NCBI GenBank assembly: GCA_001938485.1
Contig: MQRK01230892.1
Coordinates: 47,086-98,092 of the forward strand
Length of the DNA stretch: 51,007 bases
Direction of reading: 5' to 3'
Source: Girardia tigrina
Lineage: Eukaryota
The translations under genes were made by a program, and so were the position numbers. Shown piece after piece: positions 37,882 through 51,007 of the stretch; within the stretch, counting starts at the first letter, position 1, and every line of letters begins with the position of its first letter. The notes under the pieces were generated by a model. The model was not told the DNA's origin and did no database searches. It was given only the letters and a program-made list of their open reading frames with translations.

Positions 37882-40374
37882 CAGGCCACGAGTTAACTCG
37901 TTTTTGTACTTGCATTAGTTATTTCAATATTTGAAACCTCTTTCAATTTAGGATACTGAAAAAGCTTTGTTCATCGTGTTTAGACGTGCCCCTTTTTTTA
38001 TAAAAAAAATTATGTATATTGTTTCACTTCCACATTGAATTACGAAATAATAAACGGTATCATGAGATAGATTCAGCTTAAAATTGCCGTTTAACTATAT
38101 GTTAGTAGTGATGGTCGGCATTCAACATAGGCAAACGTTATTACAATTTAACCAAAGACTAAAAAATAAATAAAATAGTTCTTATTATTCGTTTAAAATA
38201 TATTTTCATCCTTAACGAACTTAATTTCCGATTCTCGGATCTTCTCCAAGTCTTTTTGTTTATTTAGACCTAATTATTTTTTTTTCGATTTATTATATTT
38301 AGATTTTCAAGTGCCATATTATATATTAATTAATAAAACAAATATTTTACATAAAAATGTATAGAGAAATAGAAAATTTGTTGAACATTTTCGGACAAGT
38401 CCCATGACTCTTTTTCTAACACTTCAAGTGTTTATTGGAAGATCATAAAAGATGTCTTGACTTTCATTTAGCCAGTCCCTTCATCTTTAAAATATTAAAA
38501 AAAAGTTTTTCAATAATTCAGCCGCATGTTTTTTACACCATGCGACAGACTTCATTTTTTTCTGTTAAGAATCACAACCAGCTCCGTTATGTCCTTTAAA
38601 AGGATTGTCTTATGAAAGATATAACTTGTCTTACTCAGACTTCCTTCTATCGGTTGATGAAGTGTGATGTGCATGACAGAGACGCTATTGATAAGCAGTC
38701 GTATTTACTCTTTTATCATAAATGTGTCAACTTATTAACATGCTGTTTTACACAAGCAAAATTATCTGTATACTTTGTTCATATACTCACAGTAGAAACC
38801 TTTATTTATTGTGTAAGAGAAACAGTTATATAATAGAGATTAGCTAATGTGAGGAAGTTTAGCGGTGTGTCTCAAGGCCATTTGGAGCATTACTCAACCC
38901 AGATAAATTTGTCACGGATTGTAACGGTCACAGAGGCGATAACTGTGACTGGAAATGTGATTCATAGTTTACTTTAGATAAAAAAAATTTAAATTATGAA
39001 ATTACTTAGTTTTCAATGATTTCAATTATTTTTAATTAATCTTTTACTTAAAATGTTTCTAAAATTATGAATTTCGATTAAGGTCTCCTCAGACGTTTCT
39101 CTCAACTATAATTAATCGTTACTTGGAAAAACTGAACGTTTGTCAAGTCCTCGTTCTTGTAAAAATTTAATTTCGACATATTTATCGAACAAAGTATTTA
39201 CTTGATGGTTATATTGTGACTCAAATTTATGTAAAGTTTTATATGAAAGCTTCTTGAGACTAGGGAATGATGATGACATTCGTAGGATCGTGTTAATGGT
39301 CTCGATGAGTACAGTCCATTAAACTCAGGAATAATCAAGTAAACTAATAATATTTGGTAATAGAGAATAATTTCTATTATTTTAGTAACTTATTGCTGCT
39401 TGTCTCTGTTTCCTACAATGGAACTCAAAAAAACATTTATTCATAATGATAATTAGTATTATTCTGAAAAAGACAACAGTTTATGATAACATTAATAATT
39501 GGTAAATAAGTCTGTTGAAGTTCTATACGATATAAAAGACTTTCTTAATTCTATATGTCCAACTGTAATAAGAAAAACACTAAACAATTCTGGTTAAAAT
39601 GTATGAGATAATATGTAATGAAAGATGAATAACTTCAGCGAAAACGTTGATTAATATAATATAAATTTGAGTAGTGATTGTGGCAGTGATATTTAGAAGT
39701 AACAAGCGGACAGAAAACGCAAAATTTATTTTGAAAGCAAAACTGTACGACTTTCAGTGTATTTGTTGAGGTTCAAAACCTGTATTATATCAAAAGGTTC
39801 CAATACTGGGATCCCGGTGATTCCGCGGGATTGAAATCCAGGGAACATGAGGTCGGAATCCCGTGATTCAGAGTTTATGTACCTTTTTATGTAAAGCTTT
39901 AAAGACTTCGTGTATGTGGGGATGCAGAACCCATTGACGCAGGGAGCCCCCTGTGAACGAGCGCGTGAGCATGTGTCTTAAGAACTAGGGGGATTGTCAG
40001 AGTAAATGACGAGAAATGAATTAACAATTAAAGTAGTTTTTGTTTGAATAATTGGGAAACTGTCGAATTCGAAGTTAATTAAAAAATGTATTTTTCAGCG
40101 TCTCATTTTTCTTGTTTTTTAATATTTATTTAGTATATATTTAATACTCGATTGCTCCAATAGAAAATATTATAAATGTCCATAAATACTCAATACTTTA
40201 AAATTCTGTGCACTCAATTTAAGAATTACTTCGAGAGAATGATACGTAAAGCGTTATTTATAAGATCTTTAGATCCTAAAATCAATGTTCCTAAAATTTA
40301 ATATTTTAAAAACCAACTTTATTAAGAGATTTTAAATGATGTGATATATGAGTAACTTTCTTTTTAAAAAGCTG

Positions 40375-40417
40375 TTGTTCTGAGGATGACGATAAAACTG
40401 TCAAAATTAATAAACAG
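40375..40417 (+). ncRNA. Degenerate minimal type I hammerhead ribozyme motif (copy 1)
   Basis: ttgtt-CTGAGGA-t-gacg(loop)tgtc-AAAA-ttaat-a-aacag; the canonical GAAA appears as AAAA. Confidence 0.55.
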
Positions 40418-41498
40418 AAAATCAAATTTTTATTGATTTGCTATTTTTACTTTTAATAAACAGCAAATATACCTAATTGTTGTTTTCAAAATACCGTTTC
40501 CAAAATTTGCTTGTCCGAAGCCGTTAGCCTATAAACGCTATGTCGATGAAATCTTTTTGATTTTTAGCAATGAGACCGATATCTCTCCATTTTTAAATTA
40601 TATGAATTCTTTACATTCAAATGTAAAGTCACTATGGAGACCAAGAATGACAATAAATTATCGCTTCTGGATTTGTTAATTGAGAGATAGAATGGTTTTA
40701 GGAGACTTAGATTTACAGAAAGAAAACACGGAGTTGTATATAACGCCGAATAGTTTTTGTGAATCTAAATATCATAGAAATATGATCAAAAACCTTATTT
40801 TTCGTTCATGGGCTCTTTCATTTACATATAAGCGATGCGATGAAAGTCTTAATAAATTAAAAAAATATTATATGATAAAGGATTTTCAAAATCTATAACT
40901 GATAAACTAATGAAAGAAACTATTGATAAATTAATTGAAAAAAGTAAGAACAATAATCTTGCAGATGTTGAATATCAAGATCAATCTAGTAACACCAATA
41001 AAAATAGTTCAGAACTTAAATATATTTTAACCGTACCTTATTTAGAAGGTTTAAAACATTTAAAAATTCTATTTTAAAAGCAGTAGATGATACAATAAAT
41101 TTAAAAATAATTTCCCGTACCCAAAAAATTGAAGGTATGTTTAGTAATAAATCTTCAACACCGTTATGATTGTTTTCGGATCTCATTTACCAATATACAT
41201 GTAATGCGTGTAATGCCACATAGATTGTAGAGATTTCGCGTCATCTCTGTAAGAGAATCCAGGAACACAGTCATACGGAAAGTGGAAGTAATATAGCTGG
41301 ATATAGTAAACATTGTAAATTGGACATAAACATCCATAACTTTAAAATTCTGTGAATCAATTTAAAAATTATTAGGAGAGAGTGACATGTGAAGCGTTAT
41401 GTAATGCACTCTCGACAATTTTAGTGAGATTTTCTGATCATGTACTGATTGCAAAATAATTACCAGCAGTGTATAAGTATATTTTTAAAAAAAAACAG

Positions 41499-41541
41499 TT
41501 GTTCTGAAGATGACGGTTAATCCGTCAAAATCAATAAACAA
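41499..41541 (+). ncRNA. Degenerate minimal type I hammerhead ribozyme motif (copy 2)
   Basis: ttgtt-CTGAAGA-t-gacgg ttaat ccgtc-AAAA-tcaat-a-aacaa; stems I and II pair perfectly; G12 is replaced by A. Confidence 0.6.
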
Positions 41542-42009
41542 ATTTTAATTGGCTTTCGAATTTTAATTTTAACAATTTGCCATTCTTCTTCAAATTTATT
41601 TAAAAAAGAAATCTTTGGAATTGGTTCTAAAAAATGAATTTTCAGATTCCTTATTAATTATAATTTATTTGATAATATTTTGTCCTTAGGAATTTTCAAA
41701 ACAAAATTATTGATTTTCTGGAGTAGGGGTTTTTTTTTCACCAAATTTTCACCAACGCGGTCAATCGGACAACTCGATTTAGTTGTGGATTAAAAATTTT
41801 GAAAATTATTGAAATTGCTATCGATTCAGAGTCAAACTCCAGAAATCAGTATAGTCCCATCAATTACAGAACTTAATTAGAGATTAGACTCCGATTTACA
41901 AAAACAACCCACATAAATGTTTCAGAAAATAAACATTAATAAATTTCAGTCCATTTAAACATATTATTTTTTAGTAAAAAAATACATAGATTTAAACAAG
42001 TCAATTCTT

Positions 42010-42392
42010 TTAAAGAAATGTATGAAGAACATTTTCTGTTTTTGGAATATTTATTGAATGGAAATTCTGAAGGGAATTCAATCTGTTGGGAGGTTGATTT
42101 CGAGGAAATGTTTTCGGATTAAATTGTACATCTTTTTTAATATAATTCTTTTTGATCGTGAAACTACGAGATTGATCTGGATAATTGAGCGTAATGATCG
42201 GTTGAGAAACTGATGACGGATAAAAATAATCTTTTTTACGTCTATGTCCGATAAATGAAGGTTCTTGTTTATTTTCAGTAAAAGGTTGCAAGGAATCATC
42301 ACCGGACAAACACTGTCCTTGTGGATAAAGTAGACTTCCATCTTCTTGATTCTTATTATGTGGAATTATTTGTTCATTTCTTGGTGGTAAAT
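42010..42392 (-). CDS. Possible terminal exon of an unidentified gene
   Basis: ttttag acceptor at 42393, then a ~127-codon open frame (LPPRNEQIIPHNKNQEDGSLLYPQGQCLSGDDSLQPF...) to a stop in very AT-rich DNA; upstream donor-like gtaatg near 42500. No recognisable domain. Confidence 0.35.
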
Positions 42393-43289
42393 CTAAAATA
42401 TAATTTTACATTAATAATATGAATTTTAAATAACAAGGTTTTTTTTCTAAATTGTTGATTAAATTAAATTTCATTAAACTCTTCATTTTATTAAATCATT
42501 ACCGTTTAAACTACATGAAAAATTGACTAACTATACCAAAGTTGCCAAAGCTAAACAAAAGAACAATATATAAATATAAAAACCAATAAGTTCTCAAGAA
42601 TATGTATGAAATAGGGCTTCTAAGAAAACAAATGGACATAGACTGTGATTGTTAGGGCTTTTTTGGTGAACTTTAAATTTTTGAAGTTTTTAAATTAAAA
42701 ATCATATTTATAGATAAATTAAAATTATTTTACACTAATTTTAGAAAAGCAAATTAAAAATATATTGGAAGTCTGATTAAAATAGATGTGTATAATTTAA
42801 GCTCAAATCAAAATGAAAATAAATACTTTTACAAAAAATTAATGTTTTAAAATTAAGTTATAAAATAAAAATCATAATGTTTTATTGAAGTTAATTGTCA
42901 ACTGAAATTTTTATTAAAAAAAATTATAATGAAATGTTTAAAATTAAAGAATAAAAATTATTTAGGAATTGAATTTTTACAGGAGATACACATTCAAATA
43001 TTTTAAAGATCTAAAATTATATTTCAATTAATAAGCTTTTTAAAAAATAAAACAAAACAAAATATGATTAATACAAAACTTAATAAAATAACATATACAT
43101 ATATCGATATTATTATTTATATTTAGAATTTTAAATATTGTTCCTCATAAATTTGTTGGTATAATGAAAGTTGTGACAAATAAAGTTTTGCGAATAATGA
43201 CTCTGGATTTTAATCTCGAACCCAATAGTGGTAAAATGAAAAATAAGTAAGAAATTTAGCTACTGAATATGATCAACAAGGACAATGTG

Positions 43290-44512
43290 CGTTGTCTGTT
43301 CAATAAATACGTTAACTTAGTTACCGGAGTTGATTTGAAGTGATGTTTGGCTATAGACAGTGGCTGCGCTGTTGGCGACGGACTTAAAGAAGCGTTTTTA
43401 ACTGTGGAGTAATCTTCGCAATTGAATAGTTAAAATTGTTCTTATTTTTAACTCTTTTTCTCTTATAGGCGTTTAAAATTGACGAACCGATTGAACAGTG
43501 ACTCAATATCAAATTTTTGGTTAAACTTGGTAAGTACTGACATAAAATTTTGACGGGTGTTTTTGGAGATAACGCATTTAAGAAAACAGCTCTGTTCAAT
43601 TGGATTAAGTGTTTCAGTGAGTCTTGTGAAGACTTCAAGGTTTATGTAAGAACAGGGTTATAATTGATCTTTGTTGTCGATGAAAACAACAAACGTGTGC
43701 TGCCGTTTATGTTTTCCGATAGCTTAACAATGGAAAAACGATTCCTGATCAACTAAATTTTGGAAAATCGTCCTTAATCATTATTCTTACAAAAAGATCG
43801 AAAATTGTCTGAAATTTTTTTTTCAAAGTTGCAGACACCTGATCAAACAAAAATAAAGAACAAATGCTGCACCATCTGGAAAAGATACTCTCAAACTTCC
43901 AGTTATTTTGAAAGAATTTTCACGGGTTATAAATCATGGTTCTACAAGTACGATATTGAGCTGAATTCAAACAGTATGGTATGCAAATAAAAATATGAAC
44001 AACGGTAAGAAATTTCGAAAATGACAATCAAAAATTAAAATAATGTTGCTTGTCTTTTGCACTTTCATGTTGTTGTGTGCAAAATCTTATGTGCGAAAAA
44101 TCTTTTTGAAGTAAAAACGGGGAACGATTCCTTTAACACGAACGTTCTCAAGAGCTTGTGGGACAATGGGCAACAAAATTCATATTATGGTTATGAATAG
44201 CTTCTACTTCACGACAATGCGGTCGCTCATTGTGTCTATAGTCTATGAATTTCTGGACCATAATTCCATAACAATACTAGATCAACCTCCCTATTTACCA
44301 GACTTGACATAATAAGATTTATTTCTATTCCCAAAATCAATTTATAAAAATCAACACGAGAAAAGATGAGACGGTTAAAGAGTTGAAACGGAGATGAGAC
44401 AAATTTATTTATAAAATGGGGAATATTTAAGGTGGGATAAAATTGATTTACACTGATTTTTATAAAATATATTTTTGTGGCATTATTTTGCATATTTATT
44501 TGACAGACTACA
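43290..44512 (+). mobile_element. Degenerate full-length mariner element
   Basis: TIRs gtctgttcaataaata / tatttatttgacagac. Remnants EQ*LNIKFLVKLGK, RIFTGYKSWFYKYD, LLLHDNAVAH and PYLPDL..DLFLFPK. Confidence 0.85.
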
Positions 44513-45939
44513 TATGTTTACCGACCCTCATAATTAAAGTTAAAAACTTCTTTAAAATTAATTGACTTAAAAGTACTTAAATTTACAACATTGATTTTTA
44601 ATTTAATGGCTACCGCCACACTGAACATATTTAAAAATGAGATAATTTCAAAGAAGGAACTAATATCTAAAAAAAATAATCACAAAGATTAATTACCAAA
44701 GCTAACCTAACCTTTAAATTTAAATCTAAAACCCATAACCTTAAACCAAACCTTTTTTGAGTTCATAAAATTTTCGAATTTGAAATCTAATCAATATAAT
44801 AATTCAAAATTTTACATTTCTATTTACAAATTACGTTAAAATGAGATTTTTATAAAATAGCGTGAAAAAGTAAATTATATAAAATTAATTTTTAATGTGA
44901 GCATAAAATCAATAAATAGATTTATTAATAAAGTGAATTGTAATTTTATGAAACATAAAAATTAATTTTTGAGAAATAATAAATAAACTAGAAAACTATT
45001 TGGTAACTTTTGATTCATAAATTTTAAATCAAAATATTATTTTCAATTTTTTAAGAAATATAACTTTTATTTTAAAAAGTATATTTTCATCGAAATGCGA
45101 AGGTAATTTAAAAGTTGTTTAATTAATCTAAAAACGTAATTATTATTGCAAATATAATTTTATTTAATCTAAAAAAGGGGTAATTTAATAGTTGTTAAAT
45201 CAAACGAAAATTTCGATTTTAATTTTATATTTAAAAATGTATTGTACTAAATCTAAAAATAATTGCGATTTTAATTTTATCTTCGAAACGTATTTTATTA
45301 ATTGTGATTTTAATTTTATTTTTAAAACGTTATGTTACCGAATCTAAAAAATAATATTTAAATGATTATGAAAACAAAATGAAAATTTTGTGTTATAGAA
45401 TGGGGAAATGTAATTGAGAAACGATTAAATTTATGAAAAATTAATAAAAGATGGAATAAAAACTTTGTGACAAATTTTAATAACTTTAGAATTTTAACAA
45501 AGAAAGTATAAATCTAAATTCCTAATAAATGAAATAACCATAGCTATATTTATATTTATTTTTATTTATAATGATTTGTGTAAAAAAGCAAGTGTGAAAG
45601 TTCCTCGAAAATATTTGTTTAAAAAACTTGAATTGTGTTAGAAATAAAGTTTTGCGTTAATGTCATCTTCTTTTGATCAAGAATCCAATATGGTGACCAT
45701 AGCAAGCAACTCGGATCAGTTGATTGGGAGACTTATGCCGGAAAAATATCGGAAATAAAATCGGAAAAATATTTGCCAACAGACAAAAATTTTAAATAAA
45801 ATAAATAAAGTTAATGAAATAAAATACAAAGATTAGTTTTTATCCTTTATTGATCCAATTTTTCTCCAATCTGAACAGTTTTATCAATTCAATTTAATAA
45901 TTCAAAGGTGGTTTACAAAAACCGGTTTTAATTGGAATG

Positions 45940-46997
45940 CCTACCACCTCTTCTACTGAATCGAACCTCCACCCTTTGAGAAAATGCGCCATTGCCTGTA
46001 GGTGGTAGTTGCTATGGGCAAGTTCAGAGCTGTAGGCATGGTGTGATCCCCTACAGTTCTTGCACTTAAGAACAAGTCAAATGTGCAGTGTGTGCGGAGC
46101 GTTATCTTGTTGTAGAAGAACTCAGTTGCGATTGACCAATGCCTGGTAACGCTGACAGAGAATGGTGTCCAGTTGCTAAGTGTAGAGGTTGGCATTCACA
46201 GTACGCCCTTCCGGAACCACTTCGAAGTGGATCACCCCCTCGAAATTCCACCATACACAGAGTATAACTTTGTAATCGAAACTTCCTTGTTTAACGACAG
46301 GTTGTGTGTGCATACCAGGGTAGAGCCAATGAATCTTTTTTTGGATTACGGAAAATATCCACTTCTAATCCCTCGTCTTGATCCTTCTAATGTCATGAGG
46401 GTGAGCAAACAATTCTTTGCAGAGATCATGCTATTGCTGTGCTTGAGTGGCTATCAATTTCGTGAGGAATTTGTCAATACCGTCTATTGACAAGGTCAAG
46501 CTGATATTGATGACGTTGAATAGTGGGTTTTGAAGGACCAAGCTCTGCTGATAATCTCCGCATGCTGGTGCTGGGCTGCTCCTCCAAAGCTTGGCATAGA
46601 GTGTCATAATCGAAAAATAGATGGTCCACCAGACGAGGTTGGTCTTCCAAATTGACGTCACCACTTGAGAAACGCTTGAACCACAATTGCGATACACGAA
46701 CACTCACCGTTCCTTCGCTTTCAAATTTACATATCTCCCGGGCTGTAGCAGCTGTGCTGAAGCCTCTTTTACAGTAATGACGCAAAGGAACTTGAATTCC
46801 TTATTTTTCGCTCTCCATAATCTGATAAGAATGAACAAACAAACGCTTAATGAATAAACCAACACTATACAAGGAGATTTGCCATGTAATACCATAATAA
46901 ATAATATAAAAATCAATAATGCCGAAATAGATTAATTATATAAAAAACTGTCATAATGTAAGGTATAGAAAAACGAGAAAACTTTTGAATCACCCTA
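45940..46997 (-). mobile_element. Degenerate SETMAR/mariner-like element, 3' end missing
   Basis: 5' TIR tactagggtgattcaaaagttttctc on -. HTH TVSVRVSQLWFKRFSSGDVNLEDQPR, then KVILCVWWNFEGVIHFE, LLQQDNAPH and AYSSELAHSNYHL. Confidence 0.88.
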
Positions 46998-47049
46998 GTA
47001 ACTTATCAATGTCTTTAAAAGCAGGTTCACGAAAATCTCTAGTGACTAA

Positions 47050-47620
47050 TGTTTCAACTTTTTTAGCACATGCAGGACGCATATGAGCCCAACACATTAT
47101 AATTTGGTATTTATTACAAGGTTGGATAAATGCTCTTTTATTGCAACCAATGCATTACAAAATAGTGTTTCAGACTGAAAAGACTAATTATAAATCTTTG
47201 TTAGACATTCAGCAAAACTTTTAAAAATGAAAATAAAGTCGGTAGTCCTTTTGTACAGACTGCAAGTCCAAATGGATAAAAATGTCGATCTAAGTCGGTC
47301 AAACCCCAAATTAAGGTTGGAAAATCTTGCCAATTCCATTTATAAATGTGACATCGGTATGCAACATTTTTCTACCTAGGGCAATATGCAACAGATTTTT
47401 GGTTGTGACGAAAAACTTGAAAGTGTTGCTTTCTTATTCGACTTCTTCACACTCTCATTATCGCTGTACTCGTAGTGAGCAGAATTTTCTAATATAGAAG
47501 CACCATCATCTGATTCAAGAATGTCTTTTTCTTTGGTTATTCCTTCTAACTCTTGTAAACTTATTTTAGGTGTTCCAAATTTTCATCGTGACTATGTTAA
47601 GCTTTAGCTCGAAATAAGAT
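47050..47620 (-). pseudogene. MULE transposase core remnant
   Basis: FKFFVTTKNLLHIA...LHTDVT, TDLDRHFYPFGLAVC and MCWAHM motifs across shifted frames. Confidence 0.7.
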
Positions 47621-48490
47621 GACTTCAATAAATGTAGAATCTTATAAGAGATAAACACCGGTATCACATTGCTTACCCTTAAACTTAGCTAAATTGAACC
47701 TAATAAAATTTTTAATAAAATTCAAATAATTATTATTTTTAAAAATATTGTTTTATCTGTTATCAGTTTTAATCAATCATTTTTTTTCTTAAAATAGTAT
47801 TTTAAATCAAATAAATTTCAAATTCAAAGTTAAAATATTTAATTATCATTCTACTTAATTTTTAAAATTTTCAATTTGATTTCAGTGCAAATAATTTTTA
47901 AAACCATTTAAAATTTGATCAGCGAACTAAATTAAATACCTCCTCACAAAAACTAAGAATTAAATTTCGTCAAATATAACTTTCTCTAATTGATTTTTCG
48001 AGTTGTTTAATTATTACTAAATTTATACCACAAAGTCGAATAATCTGGTTTTTAAAATACTAATATTCTTGTTGCTGATGATAAGATAAAAATCAACAGA
48101 AAATTTTTTCATTATTAATTATTTTGATTTTTTAAAATAGATTTGTTTAATTTACTGAGTGATTAATTATTATACTTAGTGTGAGGGTAAATTTGGAATG
48201 TTGTAAGTTTGTTGTTTGTATTCTGTTTAGATTTGTGACTCTCCTACTCAGTTGGGATTGATATGTTTATTGACTGATTATTTGAATCTAATGAAATTAA
48301 TTTAATAATATTAATTTTAAGTATTAATTAATTAAAGTTTTATAATTATGAATTTTAATAATATTTTTAGTAAAAGATTTTAACTTATTAAATTTAATAT
48401 ATTTAAAAAATAACGTAATGCCTTTTTATCCAATAAAATTATGAGAAATTAAGTTAATATTAAAAAATTTCCCATTCATTGTTTTTTTAG

Positions 48491-48600
48491 ATTTGAATGC
48501 ATAAACAAAAACTATATCAATCAAAGAAAGATGCTTACTGAGAATTGTTGTGAAGAAGTTGGTGTTGTCAATAAATGTTTACATTCAATTTGTGATGTTG
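48491..48600 (+). other. Exon-like Cys-rich fragment (DB-module-like)
   Basis: After a tttttttag acceptor: FECINKNYINQRKMLTENCCEEVGVVNKCLHSICDV, matching CCxxxGVxxxCLxxC. Confidence 0.35.
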
Positions 48601-49141
48601 TTAATACTTAGAATTATTGTTTTTTATATAGATATTTATTTTTTACTTAGAAAATATTACTTTACCGATAAAATAATTATAATACATGGTCGAGAAAATT
48701 TACATCTTGATTGAACTTAAGCAGAATTAACTAAAGAAATCTTTAAAAAATGAATTTAAAATCTTTAAAAATGAATTACATAAAATAAATATTAGAAAAT
48801 TTAATAAAATTAAAATTTAATTCTTAATTTGGATAATTCCGAGAAAATATATCATCGGTGTGATTCGTAAATATATATATATATATATTGATAATTTGAA
48901 ATGTTAATTTGTTTAAATATTCCAAAATGTATCAGCGGAATCTCCGCAGAATTGTTCACAATTTTGTAAAAATAAAACAAAATTAATTCAAATGCTGTAT
49001 TTTGAATTTTTCGATTTTTTATCGTCAAATCAAAAATCTATGAATAAAAACTTAAAAGACAAAAATGGAAAGAATTGTACAAATTGATCAAACTTTCAAT
49101 TAATTTCGCGTGTGAAAATCGTTTGATCGATGGTCAATTCG

Positions 49142-49229
49142 TTAGTCATATCGCGAGGAGTGTGCGCGTATTGTCGACGAAGAATGCGACTCGTCGAGTC
49201 GCTTCAATTTGTTCAGAGTTATCTCAAAT
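49142..49229 (-). CDS. Possible short terminal exon of a gene starting beyond the right edge
   Basis: CpG/GC-rich island like the exons of the Tudor gene; ttccagcag acceptor then FEITLNKLKRLDESHSSSTIRAHSSRYD*. Confidence 0.3.
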
Positions 49230-49646
49230 CTGCTGGAAATTAACAAAAGATTCCACCAGAAATTTCCCAACAATTTCTATTTCACATTTTTCAATACGAT
49301 TTTGGATTTAGTGAAACTGCAAATCGTTAATATTTTGCGTAAGATAGAAAAGAAAACTGATAAAAACTAAAGAGAACGAGAAACAGTTCTCATGAGGACT
49401 AAAAATAATGATTGGAAGCGAAACGCGACAACAATACATAAGATTCCTTTATTCTGTTTCGCGTTTTATTAAGAATAGATAGCTTTTAAAAAGAAAACAT
49501 AGCGTTTAAATCACTGCCTAAAACAATTGAGGGAAAAGATGATTTAAAATCTGATAGAGTAAATTACGAGAGAATTAATTGTGGCTACACATGAACTGTT
49601 CATGATTCTGAGGGTTAAAAAATTCAAATCGTCATTTCTAAAAATA

Positions 49647-50560
49647 CCGTATTTTATCGAATTAGAACACCCTCTTAAATAAACGCACCCAATTTTAATA
49701 TGCAGAATAAATTCATTAAATTGCCTTACCATTTAACGCAGCTTAAATAGTAATAATTATTATCTAGTAAAATTCTAATTAGTTTTAGAATAAAACTTCC
49801 AGTTCTATTAATTCCAAAATGGGATTAATCTTTATTAATTATAAATAAAAAGTGTAATTTTTAATGGAAAATTTGTTTTAATATTCGGTTTTTATCAGAA
49901 AACGTGGAAAAAGTGTATTTGAATAAATATTTAGAAAAGTGTGATTTATGTTTTCTTTTGCGTCTTAATTTATTTGAACTTAAAAAAAAGTATCAAAAAT
50001 ATTAACAAATGTCTGTGAATCATAAGTCTTATTCTATAGCATTTGAATTAAAAGTTATTGAACTTTATTTCATTCTATGATTATTACAAAACAACGTTTA
50101 ATGCAAATTAGGTAATCATATCTCATCAGATGCAATGAAATGATTGATTCAGCCAGTACTTGCTTTAAAGTTAAAATCATTTAAAAGTTGTCACAGTTCT
50201 AATAACAATCCTTTTTCTGGTGACACAATAATAATCACTATGATGATAGAGTAGCCACTCAGCAAATTTTCTTAATTAAATTGAGGCTTCCGTCCCCCAC
50301 CATCAAGCAATTTTGCATTCTCTGATTTTCTCTTCTGATGATTCCATCATTTTAATTAATTTTTCCTTTCGTGAACGCCACTAAGTAACTCTTTCGATTA
50401 ATACTGCTTGGTTGTCTTCTTTTTTATCCCATTCAATAACTTTTAACTCAAATGCTATATAATAAGACTTGTGGTTCACATACATTTCTTAAAACCAGAA
50501 AAGAAAGATAAAACACAATTTGGCTAACTTGCGTTATTTGAAGACAGGAACTAGTTTTTT
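49647..50560. mobile_element. Two converging 5' fragments of a pogo-like element
   Basis: TA-ccgtattttatcgaattag pogo-type end at 49645. MSVNHKSYSIAFELKVIE on + (~50009-50065) and a related KSYYIAFELKVIE on - (~50430-50485). Confidence 0.6.
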
Positions 50561-51007
50561 TTATTATAAAGTATTAAAACAATATTTAAAATAGTAATCT
50601 AATTAATTATTTTTATTAAAGATATTTGGTAACTTCATCAATAAAGCTATTAATATATTGATCATTTTTATCTTAATTAAATCTCTTATAAAGAATTTGA
50701 GCAATGTAATCAAGCATTCTTTTCCTTAATTCTGTATGAAAGTCCATAAATTGTGTTTTAAGAGACAGAAATCTCAATAAGGTTTTAGTGAGAATCAATC
50801 GATTATTAGGGCTAATGAGGTTTTTTGAAAAATTCGAGTAAAATGAAAAAAAGTATTCCAATAATATTTCCCTGAATTGACAAATTTTTACTGCCTTTTT
50901 TTCAGTTTCATGATAATTACGTACATAAAATTTATAACTTAAAAAATGAATTATTTTATATCATGAAATAATACCAGTAGGGGAAAAATGGGCATTCTCC
51001 CCACATG

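Larger units (their letters stand above)
40170..41545 (+). mobile_element. Penelope-like retroelement, 5'-truncated, with tandem 3' repeat (pseudo-LTR)
   Basis: RT motif PKPLAYKRYVDEIFLIF...FLNYMNSLHSNVK...NKLSLLDLLI. GIY-YIG remnant LIYQYTCNACNAT*IVEISRHLCKRIQEHS. 40170-40420 is repeated at ~41320-41545. Confidence 0.88.

Noticed and set aside
38350-39990. Scattered GC-richer patches and short ORFs
   Set aside because: No recognisable domain or termini; probably old repeat debris.

Overview
Very AT-rich eukaryotic DNA, most likely an invertebrate metazoan (inferred from spliceosomal introns, a piRNA-type Tudor gene and the transposon repertoire). The only well-supported host gene is a 7-exon + strand gene (ATG 16893 to stop 31115, about 733 aa). 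It encodes an N-terminal RRM, a GRGRG motif, three extended Tudor domains and a C-terminal coiled coil, which is Vreteno/TDRD-like. Almost everything else is decayed or nested transposons: hAT, piggyBac, pogo/Tigger, mariner, MULE, a PIF/Harbinger MITE, a Penelope-like element, a solo LTR and one complete Ty3/Gypsy-type element. The most unusual object is that LTR element (12142-15885). It has 91-bp AGT...ACT LTRs (90/91 identical), a 5-bp TSD and no recognisable RT. Its gag is interrupted by a ~1.17-kb cassette carrying an antisense, in-frame chimera of host ORC5-like and SEC22-like gene fragments. Other points of interest are degenerate hammerhead ribozyme motifs in the Penelope repeats, a possible pseudo-OTU extension on the pogo transposase and multi-level TE nesting. 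All protein identities come from motif recognition by eye, not database searches.
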